Shown: positions 49,943-60,103 of the stretch, one piece after another
Layout: each line of letters begins with the position of its first letter
Position numbering within the stretch: position 1 is the first letter of the stretch
From: Azolla caroliniana
Taxonomy: Eukaryota; Plantae; Polypodiophyta
Length of the DNA: 64,000 nt
NCBI GenBank assembly: GCA_043228905.1
Contig: JBHGNT010000014.1
Location: 11,656,001-11,720,000 of the forward strand
Direction: 5' to 3'
Program-made: the position numbers and the translations under genes
The notes under the pieces: model-generated
Told to the model about the DNA's origin: nothing
The model's input: only the letters and a program-made list of their open reading frames with translations
Databases searched by the model: none

Positions 49943-50060
49943 TATGGAAAACTGACAACCACCTCACACCTGACGAGTGCATCAAGAGAATCGAGTCCAC
50001 TGGATTTAGTCCACTCGGACATTTGTGGCCATATGCCACATCAGTCTCTCGGAGGTGCAC
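49943..50060 (+). pseudogene. Copia integrase start, truncated
   Basis: YGKL...PLDLVHSDICGHMPHQSLGGA. Confidence 0.85.
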
Positions 50061-51945
50061 TATGGAAGAGACTATGTTTTATAGGTTAAAAGTATTGTGT
50101 ATGGGTGATTGCATTGTAGCAACTTATGGACTCAAATGCTAAATTTTTCTTAGAGAAAAACTCAATGTATGTTTGTTTTGGCATTGCAGCAACTTTATCT
50201 AGTGAAGTTCTTGCTCAAGTTGAATGTTGTGAATTATTCTTGGACATCTCATAGTATAGTATTCTTGTTATGATATATGCTCTTTTAGGTATATTGTTGT
50301 TCACTTCCATGAAGCCACAATATATGCATTGCTACATAGGCATGTCAGAGAAGATGGCATGGAATGAAGACAACGTTTCATGCTTAGTGCTTAGATGGTG
50401 ATCCTTCTTCGGAATGAAGATGGTTTGAAGACACATATGCTCCACACCAACATACATCAATTCATACAAACACTTTTTTTTTTAGAAATAAAGGGAAGAA
50501 AAAAACTTTAAAAAAAAAGTAAAAGCTAAATTTAATCTTTAAAAAAGGTGTTGCATAACAATGGTATATAAGCAATGCCAATAGCAATGTGTTTTGGCAT
50601 CACTACTAGCTTATTTTGTTGTAGTGACATGTATAGAACACATTCACGCATTCACATATATAGAAAATATACACATAGAGAGACATTCACACACACACAC
50701 ACACACACATGCATATATAACACATAGATACATACACACATGCCATACATATAATATATGCAACACATGCAATATAGTACAATACATGCATAAATGAACA
50801 TGGAATACAATACTATATATACATACATTCACATACAACACAACCCATACATTAAATATATACAACACATGCAATACAATACGATACAATACGATACATA
50901 CATACACACATATATTGAACATGCATTTGTTTTCTATGTAAGGGCATTTAAAATGAGTTGTTGTCAAAATATGTATTGGCACTAACAGGTTTTTGCACAA
51001 GGGCCTCTAAAATAGTAAAAAACATACGTATAAGGGGTTTATAAAAGATGCCGTGAGCATACAACCTCTTTATATATAATGGAGGACCCAAGATTGTAAC
51101 ACATTCATTGTGTTGGGGGGTTCCGTGATCGGAACCACAACACACCACCTTGATGGATTGAGGTGAGGCCTTCCTCAAGTGCTTTATATAGAAGACTTGT
51201 AGTTCTTATTTTAAGAAGACTTATAGTTCTTATTTTCTAGGTTCAAGTATACAATGTGAATTATTTATTTGTAAGATCGCTTCAAGAGTGCTTAAACCTC
51301 CAACTGTATGGTTATCAACAATGCACTCTAACCAACTGAGCTATGAAAGAGGTCGGTCTTGAGTTCAACTCTAAATGAAAGGAATCTCAAATTCATGCAA
51401 TTCCTCTCACTAATAAAATGAAATAGGTAGCCATTAATCGAATCTCTAATATTTGCTAACGTACATTACTCCTGGCATAGATACCTAATCTTGGGTGAAA
51501 TAGACAATACGGTTACATTTCTTTCCAATGTAATCGTCGCAAAGTAGACCTACAGGATTGCTTCATGAGTGCTTAAACCTCCGACCGTATGGTTATCAAC
51601 AATGCGCTCTAACCAACTAAGCTATTAAAGAGGTCGGTCTTGAGTTCAACTCTAAATGAAAGGAATCTCAAATTCATGCAATTCCTCTCACTAATAAAAT
51701 GAAATAGGTAGCCATTAATCAAATCTCTAATATTTGCTAACATACATTACTCCTGGCATAGATACCTAATCTTGGGTGAAACAGACAATGCGGTTACATT
51801 TCTTTCCAATGTAATCGTCGCAAAGTAGACCTATAAAGAGTCACTTCTCGCTCTCCTTGCAATTACCTACTACGGTTCGGTGTGGATATTAACCCCAGTA
51901 GATATACATAATGCTTTGGCTAACAATCAAAAAAAATATTTTGTC

Positions 51946-52019
51946 GCTTTCATAGCTCAGTTAGTTAGAGCACTTGTTTTGTAACCGGGAGGTCTTGAGT
52001 TCAACTCTCAATGAAAGTA
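51946..52019 (+). tRNA. tRNA-Thr-like copy, anticodon TGT (probable pseudogene)
   Basis: Full 74-nt plant Thr body with mismatches in the D-loop and anticodon stem. Confidence 0.6.
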
Positions 52020-52489
52020 AGCACATTAATGCTATTCATTTACTTTCAGACTTCTTTTCATTAGATTTATTGTGCTTTATTTGTGAAGAGAAAAATAGTT
52101 ACTTAGTGCAAGGTCACTTTCTTTCTCATCCATTAATCCGATTTTTTCTCCCATTCTTTTCGGAGCGTAGTTCATTGTATTATTTTTGTAAGACTATGTG
52201 TGCCAATTTGTGTTGCCTAATGGTGCGCCTACTCATTTCCATAACCAATGCTCTGTAACCGAATGACTGAGATCCAATTACCAACAATTTGGTTTATCTA
52301 AACATGTACGTCGTGAAAAGGCACATACTTGTTTGCTGCCTATGGTAAAAAAAAAAAAGTTGGTTAATAAAGAAGGGCTTTACTACAATGAATGTATAAT
52401 AGATATCTAGAGATTGCATAGTTCTTTCTTTTTTCATGGTTATGCAATTATTAAAGGATGAATAATAACTACATCAAAGGTATCAATTA

Positions 52490-52563
52490 TGTGAGGTAGA
52501 GCAGCTTGGTAGCTCACAAGGCTTATAATCTTGAGGTCATAGGTACCAATCCTGTCTCAACAA
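52490..52563 (+). pseudogene. trnfM: Degenerate organelle-type tRNA-fMet (plastid trnfM-like)
   Basis: TGTGAGGTAGAGCAGCTTGGTAGCTCACAAGGCTTATAATCTTGAGGTCATAGGTACCAATCCTGTCTC aligns by eye to plastid trnfM-CAU, mostly with C>T/G>A changes; anticodon now TAT. Confidence 0.7.
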
Positions 52564-53107
52564 AAGCAATCTCTAATTCATGTTATTTCTTTCATTTGGT
52601 TTAAGCCTTCGTTTAAGCAAACTAATTGTGTTTTTTTAGTAAATAAGGTAATCTCAAACATTATAATCCGAATTATCTCTTCCATTCCTTTCGTACCTTA
52701 CTTTTTCGAACTTGTTTGTTAAGTGGTGTTGCTATGGGCTATTGCATTCATAATTCAATTGTGCTCTTGAGTTCAACTCTCAATGAGACGAAGCACAATG
52801 TTATTATGGCTCTCATTTAATTGAACACTTTTTTTTACTGGATTAATTGTGATTTGTTTGTGAATAAAAAATACCTACCTAATGCAAAATCCCTTCTTTC
52901 TAATTAATTGATCCAAACTTTCTTTGTAGTTCTTTTTTTCGAACTTTTGAAACTTTTTATATGAATGGGCATTGAGTGTTCTGTAGAGGATTCTTTGGGA
53001 CGACGGTACCTACAATCAGGTTCGTGTGCACTCTGTAGATTTGACCAGCCTAGCTAGATGAATCGGCAACAAATAATTATCCTAAGATGACGCAATTTTC
53101 ATCAATT

Positions 53108-53181
53108 GCTTTCATAGCTCAGTTGGTTAGAGCACCTGTTTCGTAAGCGGGAGGTCTTGAGTTCAACTCTCAATGAAAGCA
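53108..53181 (+). tRNA. tRNA-Thr(CGT), apparently intact
   Basis: GCTTTCATAGCTCAGTTGGTTAGAGCACCTGTTTCGTAAGCGGGAGGTCTTGAGTTCAACTCTCAATGAAAGCA folds into a complete cloverleaf with A and B boxes; body is the plant Thr(AGT) type. Confidence 0.85.
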
Positions 53182-54289
53182 AGCACTAATCCATCTTATT
53201 TCTATGATTTAATGGCTCGATTGTGATTTGTTTATGAATAAAGAAATAACAATTCACTGCAAGGTCCCATCTATTAATCCAATTTGTGTCTCCCATTCCA
53301 TTCATGGTTCATTTTCTTCAAAGTTTTCTTTGCTTGCATGTTGCTTTTGTAGCTCAGTTGGTCCCTTTTATTTCTTATCCATTAATCCAATGTTTATCTC
53401 CTATTATGTTCGTTGGGGAATATATTGAATAATGTTTAGTACGAGCATAACTAGAAGTTTTATTTGTTATGTTGCTTAGATAGATCAATTGGTTAGAGCA
53501 CTTGCTTCTCCAGTGGAAGGTTTTGAGCAACTCTCAATGAAGGGAAGCACTATTCATGGTATTGCCCTTGCTTAGTTTCTGCCTTCATTTTAGTGCATCA
53601 ATTGCGATTTCTTTGTTCGACTTCATTCTTTTTTAGTGGGCTAATTATTCCATATCACTTCTAAGGAAATACTTGAGATAACATAGTTTGTATTATCCTA
53701 TTGCTTTATTAACAGACATAGAACATGAAAAAATATTTGTATACCTCAAGTGGTTTATATAGAAGACTTGTAGTTCTTATTTGATAGGGCTTAACATAGG
53801 GCATAAATATTTTATTTGTACAATCCTGCTTGAAGCACCAACCTTATGGTTAACAACCAATCACTCTTACCAACAAAGCTATTGAAGCAACTAAGTTATC
53901 AATGGAAGATTTGATTTAGCATTTTGGTTTTCTAACTTGGTTGGTTATAGCACTTATTTACTAAGCAGAAGTTCTTGAGTTCAACTCTAAATGAAAAGAA
54001 TCTCCAATTCATGCAATTGCTCTCATTAATAAAATGAAATAGCTAGCCATTAATCAAACCTCTAAAATTTGCTAACAATATTTGTTAACTCTCAATGAAA
54101 GCAAACACTAATTCTATATTGATCTCATTTGTTTCGAAACTTCTTTTCTGAGCGCATTAATTATGATTTATTTGTAAATAAAGAAATAGCTAGGTAGTGC
54201 AAGGTCCCTTTTATTTTTAATTCATGAATCGAAATTATTTATAGCAAATCTTTCGGAAGTCAATTTGTTATATTAAAATGTTATTGGAG

Positions 54290-54359
54290 GTTTTCATAGC
54301 TCAGTTGGTTCACCTGTTTAGTAAGCGGGTGGTCTTGAGTTCCATTCTCAATGAAAGCA
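54290..54359 (+). pseudogene. tRNA-Thr(AGT) pseudogene with a D-arm deletion
   Basis: Same body, lacking AGAG in the D-stem. Confidence 0.75.
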
Positions 54360-55299
54360 AGCACAATTCATGCTTTTCTCTCATTTAGTATGAGAATTCT
54401 TTTTAAGGATTAATTGTGCTTTGTTTATGAATAAAAAAAGAGTCCATTCTTTTCTCATCCACGAATCCAATTTTGCTATCCTATTGTGTTGTCTCCGTGT
54501 GTCGCATGGAAGCACTTCTATTGATGGTTGGAGTTTTACCTCTTGTCAATGTTGTTGGCCTAGGATTCGGATGGCGTATACTAGTACATCTGAGCTACTA
54601 GCTTACTTAGTGTTATACGATTAATATTAATTTGTTTCTTACACTCACTCATACACTTAAACAAGGAAATTGAAATGAAGACAATATTTTATTATCACCA
54701 CTCTTAGTACAAAGAGGTCTAGCACCAACAAGAGAGAAGGATTAGCACTTGGTTTACTGCTTGGTTTACTAATCACTATCGTTAATATCTCTTAGCTCTT
54801 AATGACAATTAGGGAGATAGAAGAGGAGGCTTAAAACTTTTTACTTATTAGGAAAACTCTTAAGATTGAGAAGAAGCATAAAAGACACTACAAAGTGGCT
54901 TTTATAACTTTTACAATATGATGTGGCCGTTTCACACTAGGGTGTCCATTGGTTTGCGTTCCGTCCTGCTTGGATTCTTCCATCCCCCTTTTTATAGATT
55001 AGTTGCTCGATGTTCCTTGTCAATGCGCATATCTTCACGACCAATGTGCCACATGCCATCTACTTATCACCCTTTGTTTTTATTACTTAGTTCATTGACT
55101 TTCATTCTATTTCAGTGGGCTAATTGTTCCATATTACTTCTAATGAAATGCTTGAGATAACATGGTTTGCATTATCCTCCTATTTATTAACATAGATTAT
55201 GAAAAAACATTCATATACCTCAAAGTGATTTATATAAAAAACTTGTAGTTCTTATTTGATAGGTTCAAATATAGGGTGTGAATCTTTTATTTCTAAGAT

Positions 55300-55370
55300 C
55301 GCTCCAAGGATGACTTGACCCTCCAAGATTATGGTTACAACCATACACTAACCAACTGAGCTATTGAAGC
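55300..55370 (-). pseudogene. tRNA-Asn pseudogene, head-to-head with the Thr-like copy at 55408-55481
   Basis: Reverse complement reads GCTTCAATAGCTCAGTTGGTTAG...CCTTGGAGCG with small deletions. Confidence 0.7.
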
Positions 55371-55642
55371 AATTGAGTTATCAAACAAATTGATAATTTA
55401 TCATTTTGCTTTTCTAGCTCATTTGGTTATACCACCTATTTGGTAAGCGAAAGGTCTTGAGTTCAACTCTAAATGAAAGGAATCTCCAATTCATGCAATT
55501 TCTCTCATTAATAAAATGAAATAGCTAGCCATAATTGAATCTCTCCCATTCCTTTTGCGGCTCAAGTCATTGAATTATTTTTGGTATTTTATATCTGGCA
55601 AGTTGTGGATTGTGTTGGTTTGATAACTCAGTTGGTTAGAAA

Positions 55643-56194
55643 TGTCGGGCAATCGTCTCGGAATTAATCACAATAAATAGACGAAGCTGAAATACGAATC
55701 ACACCAAAATGCGAGAAAGACAAGATAGACGACCATACACAGAGATTTACGTGGAAACCCTAAAACGGGGAAAACCACGGGAACATAACTTCACTATAAC
55801 TAATGGATATACAATAGATAGATGATTACAACACTCTCTCACGAGTGCATCAGCCGCACAGGGCTCTTCGCGTCTGTTGTTACACTCACAATTATGGTGT
55901 GGCTCACACGTCTCTCTCACACACTCTCTCACGTTCTACAACTTCTGTACACTTCTCTGCATACAACCAAAACGTTTGCCCTAGTTGCATATATACTTAC
56001 ACAACTTTCCGGCTATTTACATATGTAGCCCACATGGGGCGCACATTCAGACTATTACAAATATAGTCTCCCGAGTTGGCTATATACACGATTCCGGTTT
56101 CGGCCTCGGCCGAGTTCCTCATCAACTCAGCTCCTCGATTGTCGGCTTTTTGGACGGTTGGATCTTCCTCCCACTGGAGGGACATATCCCAACA
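55643..56194 (-). mobile_element. Solo LTR (552 bp) inserted inside a tRNA-Thr copy; TSD AGAAA
   Basis: TGTCGGG...CCCAACA termini; AGAAA at 55638-55642 and 56195-56199; the tRNA halves rejoin on removal. Strand inferred. Confidence 0.88.
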
Positions 56195-56888
56195 AGAAAT
56201 GATGTTTCGTAAGTGGGAAATCTTTAATTCATGCTATTACTTTCCTTTAGTTTAAGACTTAGTTTTAATAAACTAACTTCGATTTGTTGGTGAATAAAGA
56301 AATAGCTACCTATTGGAAGGTCCCTTTTTTCTCAAACATTAATCCAAATTATCTCTCCCATTCCTTTCATTGCTCAGTTTTCTAAGTGGTGTTGCTATGG
56401 TGGCTTGCATTTATACTCAATTGGGGTCTTGAGTTCAACTCTCAATGAAAGCAAGCACAATCATGTTATGGTTCTCATTTAGTTTGAGAATTCTTTTTAG
56501 TGGATTAATTGTGAATACAAAATTGTTACCTAGTGCAAAATCTCTTTCTTTCTAATTCATTAATCAAAATTTTCTCTCCAATTTCCTTTTGTCAAAATTT
56601 TGAAACCTTTTTCTATGTGGTTAGTCATGTTGCTTTCGTGGTTCTTTTTCTTAGAAATTGTTCTTGGCTTATCATGTTGCTTTTGCAGCTAAGTTGGTCA
56701 TTTCGTTCTCATCCATTAATCCAATATTTATCTCCTATTACGTTTGTTGCCCAACTCATTGAATCATGCTTAGAAAGAGCATAACTAGGAGCTTTACTTG
56801 TTATACTACTTTCATAGCTTAATTTGTTAAAGCATTTCTTTTCAAGCAGAATATCTTGAGTCCAACTCCTAAATAAAGGCAACCACTA

Positions 56889-57601
56889 TGACGGGAACTA
56901 GTCGTTCCTTATGCGCAACGCTCGGCCACAACCGAGCTTAGAATGATACACAGAAAACGGGAAATAGAACACGACACAAAGAGGAGGAAGATACATAGGA
57001 GGTTTACGTGAAAAAACCCCCAAACTAGGGAAAAAACCACGGCAGCCCACAGACTGCAAACTGTCACTATGTAAGAATGTACAAAACAGTGAGTTCACAG
57101 AGGCAACAACCTCGGACTCACGATCTTCGCCACAGGCGGCGGTTACAACAGAGGCATCGACCTCTTTCTCTCTCTCTCTCTGTACAACGTTACGTACTCT
57201 CTCTTAATCTTGCACCAACAAGAAAATGACAACCTTGTATACACATGTTTGCCCTAAGTCATATTTATACTGATATGACTTTTCGGCTATTTACAAATAT
57301 AGCCTCGATGGGCTCTCAGAAACATATTTACGAATATGTCTCTACCTCCGGTTCTCACCAGGTCTGCGTCATCCGGCTCTCCGTAGCCGGGTGCTCCTCA
57401 TCCAGTTCTCACCGGGCCTGCACCATCCAGCTCTCCGTAACCGGGTGCTCCTCATCCGGTTCTCACCGGGCCTGCACCATCCGGCTCTCCGTAGCCGGGT
57501 ACTCCTCATCCGGTTTCGGCCTCGGCCTATCGGCCTCGGCCAAGTTTGTTCATCGGCACTGTTCTTCTCCCTTCCCATCTGGAGGGACCTATCTCCCAAC
57601 A
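56889..57601 (-). mobile_element. Solo LTR (713 bp, related to 55643-56194, with internal 60-bp repeats) just 3' of a tRNA-Thr copy; TSD CACTA
   Basis: TGACGGG...CCCAACA termini; CACTA at 56884-56888 and 57602-57606. Strand inferred. Confidence 0.88.
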
Positions 57602-58005
57602 CACTATTCATGGTATTGCCCTCACTTAATTTCAAACTTCTTTTTAGTGGATCAATTGTGATTTCTTTGTTTGACTTCCTTCTCTTTTAGTGGGTTTACC
57701 TTGCCATATCACTTCTAATGAAATACTTGAGATAACATGTTTGTATTGCCCTCACTTAGTTTCAAACTCTTTTTAGGGGATCAATTATGAATTCTTTGTT
57801 TGACTTCCTTCTCTTTAGTGGGTTTACCCTGCCGTATCACTTCTAATGAAATACTTGAGATAACATGTTTGTATTATCCGCTTGCCTTAATAACAAACAT
57901 AGATTATAAAGAAGTATGCATATACTTCAAGTGGTTTATATAGAAGACTTGTATTTCTTATTCATAGGTTCAATTAGAAGGTCTAAATTTGCAACCTCAC
58001 CATAC

Positions 58006-58079
58006 CGCTCCAAGGAGGTCTTGAACCTACAACCTTATGGCTAACAACCATACGCTCTAACCAATTGAGCTACTGAAGC
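58006..58079 (-). tRNA. tRNA-Asn(GTT), near-intact
   Basis: GCTTCAGTAGCTCAATTGGTTAGAGCGTATGGTTGTTAGCCATAAGGTTGTAGGTTCAAGACCTCCTTGGAGCG: paired acceptor and anticodon stems, GTT anticodon, one T-stem mismatch. Confidence 0.7.
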
Positions 58080-58752
58080 AACTAACAATTTTTCTTTGGT
58101 TTGTTTTCTTGGGTGGATCAGGTATTCCCTCAGCCTAGAAAGCGATGGTTTGCCTGTCCCTACCCGCGCCTCTACTTGGGGAGATGCTTTCTCCTCCTCA
58201 GACAGAACCCTTCGATCGCGTGATCAATAACTTTTTGATATTGAAATCTTTTTAGAGAGAGAAAACTCTGGGAGGAATGGAGGAAGAAGAAGCTGAACTT
58301 GCCCGCTTCCTACGCGTATCGGTTGAAGGTTTATGAAATTCCGACGAGTGGATGAAGAGGTAAATAATCAACCAAATCGGGGTAGGACAGGTACTAGGGG
58401 TTTCATAATACGATTCGTAAACTAATGAAGATTAATTCGATTAGTACTCCACCTTGTTACTCAATTGTTTATAGCCCTTGATTATTGTGTGGAAGGTCTT
58501 GAGTTCAACTCCAAATGAAAGGAATCTACAATTCAAGCAATTGCTCTCATTAATGAAATGAAATAGCTAGCCATTAATCGAATCTATACAATTTGCTAAC
58601 AAAGATTTGTTATCTCATTTACTTCAAAGGTCCCTTTTATGTTTAATTCATGAATCCAAATTATCTATACCAATTTTTTCGTAGCTCAATTTCTTGGAAT
58701 ATGTTTTATAAGTGGCAATTTCAAGCATTTTCTAAGAGGTGTTTACTTTAGG

Positions 58753-59206
58753 TGTTAGAGCTAAATCCCAATGTAAGCATGAGATAAGGAAATATAATAT
58801 AAATATAAATAGAGAAGAGAGAGAAAGATGGGTGCCGATCCACCCGACCACCCCTGAGAGAAGGGATCGAGACGGACTCGAACCTCAATCAACGTCCCAT
58901 ACCACTCCTATGGCATCAAGTCGTACTTGGTACTAGCACACTCGCTACAAGAGTTTGATCACCACGAGGTCAGAGTATCAACATAGTCAAAAGATGTCAA
59001 ATGAGGATAGTAAGGCCTCATATTTATAGCCAAACCTAAGGCCCCCGGGCCAGTTCACACGTGGCCTTAATGGGTTGTCTCAATCCTTGGGATTAAAAGT
59101 AATCCTCCCTTCTTTACACTCTTGGTTAACTATCACATGTTATCCTTGTGTGTAGAATACTACAATACAACTTACCACGAGATATTATATGGTCATGCTC
59201 ATAACA
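58753..59206 (-). mobile_element. Solo LTR (454 bp) ending 10 bp upstream of a tRNA-Thr copy; TSD TTAGG/TAAGG
   Basis: TGTTAGAGC...GCTCATAACA termini. Strand inferred. Confidence 0.8.
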
Positions 59207-59216
59207 TAAGGAAGTT

Positions 59217-59278
59217 GCTTTTGTAGCTCGGTTAGTTAGAGCACTTGTTTAGTATGCGGGAGGTCTTGAGTTTAACTC
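59217..59278 (+). pseudogene. tRNA-Thr(AGT) copy truncated in the T-arm by an insertion
   Basis: GCTTTTGTAGCTCGGTTAGTTAGAGCACTTGTTTAGTATGCGGGAGGTCTTGAGTTTAACTC, then an abrupt switch to unrelated sequence. Confidence 0.75.
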
Positions 59279-60100
59279 TATTGAGAATCAAGCTCAACCT
59301 AGTCTAGTGTGTGAACACACTTTGAGAATCTATAAGCATTCTGTAAAGAATCAATGGTGATTCTTGTGTAGCGGAAGAGATGTGTGTTATGTGTATGTGT
59401 GAGAGGAAAGAGGAGAGGAGAGAAACACAAGATGGATAAGAGACAAAATGAAGTACTCAAGAAGAAGGAGATGTATATTAACAAGGAGAATATGATAAAT
59501 AAAAATGTAGCATTACAAGGAGTCACAACCAACTTAGTATGAAGTGTGAGGAGGGTGCTTTATATATAGTCACCCTCTCTATTCATTAACTAACTACAAC
59601 CACCACACTCTCTCTTGGGGAATGTGAAGACTCATAGTCATGGGGAATATGTAACTCATTAGTTATGTGTCATAGAATATGATTCTATGACACATAGTTA
59701 ATGTGTAAAGAGTAGTGGTGTGACTCTTGACCTTTGAGTAATCATTGATTCTCAATGTTCACACGTTGCACTATGTTGAGCTTGATTCTCAACACACTCA
59801 AAGGTCAAAACTCACCACTACTCTCTACACATTAACTATGTGTCATAGAATAATATTCTATGACACATAACTAATGAGTTCTATATTCCCCATGACTAAT
59901 GAGTCTCCACAAGGTTCTAGAGAGAGAGTTGGCATTATAGTGAGTTAATGAAGAGAGAGGGTGACCTTATATAAAGCACCCTCCTCCTACTTCATAAAGT
60001 GTCAGTTGTTCTCCCTTGTGATGTTACATTTTTGCACTTGATATTCTCCTTGTTAATGTACATCTTCTTGAGTACTTTATTTCTTTTATCTTCTATCATA
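59279..60100. repeat. LTR/TIR-like element (59279-59794) plus an inverted partial copy, forming a long inverted repeat
   Basis: TTGAGAATCAAGCTCAAC...GTTGAGCTTGATTCTCAACA termini; ~59435-59740 is the reverse complement of ~59796-60095. Confidence 0.8.
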
Positions 60101-60103
60101 TGC

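Larger units (their letters stand above)
51278..59278. repeat. Degenerate tandem array of tRNA-Thr (+) and tRNA-Asn (-) genes/pseudogenes with shared flanks
   Basis: About 15 Thr-like copies or fragments sharing TCTTGAGTTCAACTCT(C/A)AATGAAAG plus a ~200-bp downstream flank; five Asn-like copies (~51278, 51559, 53826, 55300, 58006); a 281-bp duplication at 51279-51833. Confidence 0.9.

Noticed and set aside
50594-51000. ORFs in the CA/TA-rich tract
   Set aside because: Degenerate (CA)n/(CATA)n microsatellite.
54485-55090. Additional solo LTR in the tRNA array
   Set aside because: Looks like an insertion, but I could not identify termini or a TSD.
56884-57606. CACTA transposon
   Set aside because: CACTA here is a direct 5-bp TSD around a TG..CA solo LTR, not an inverted terminus.
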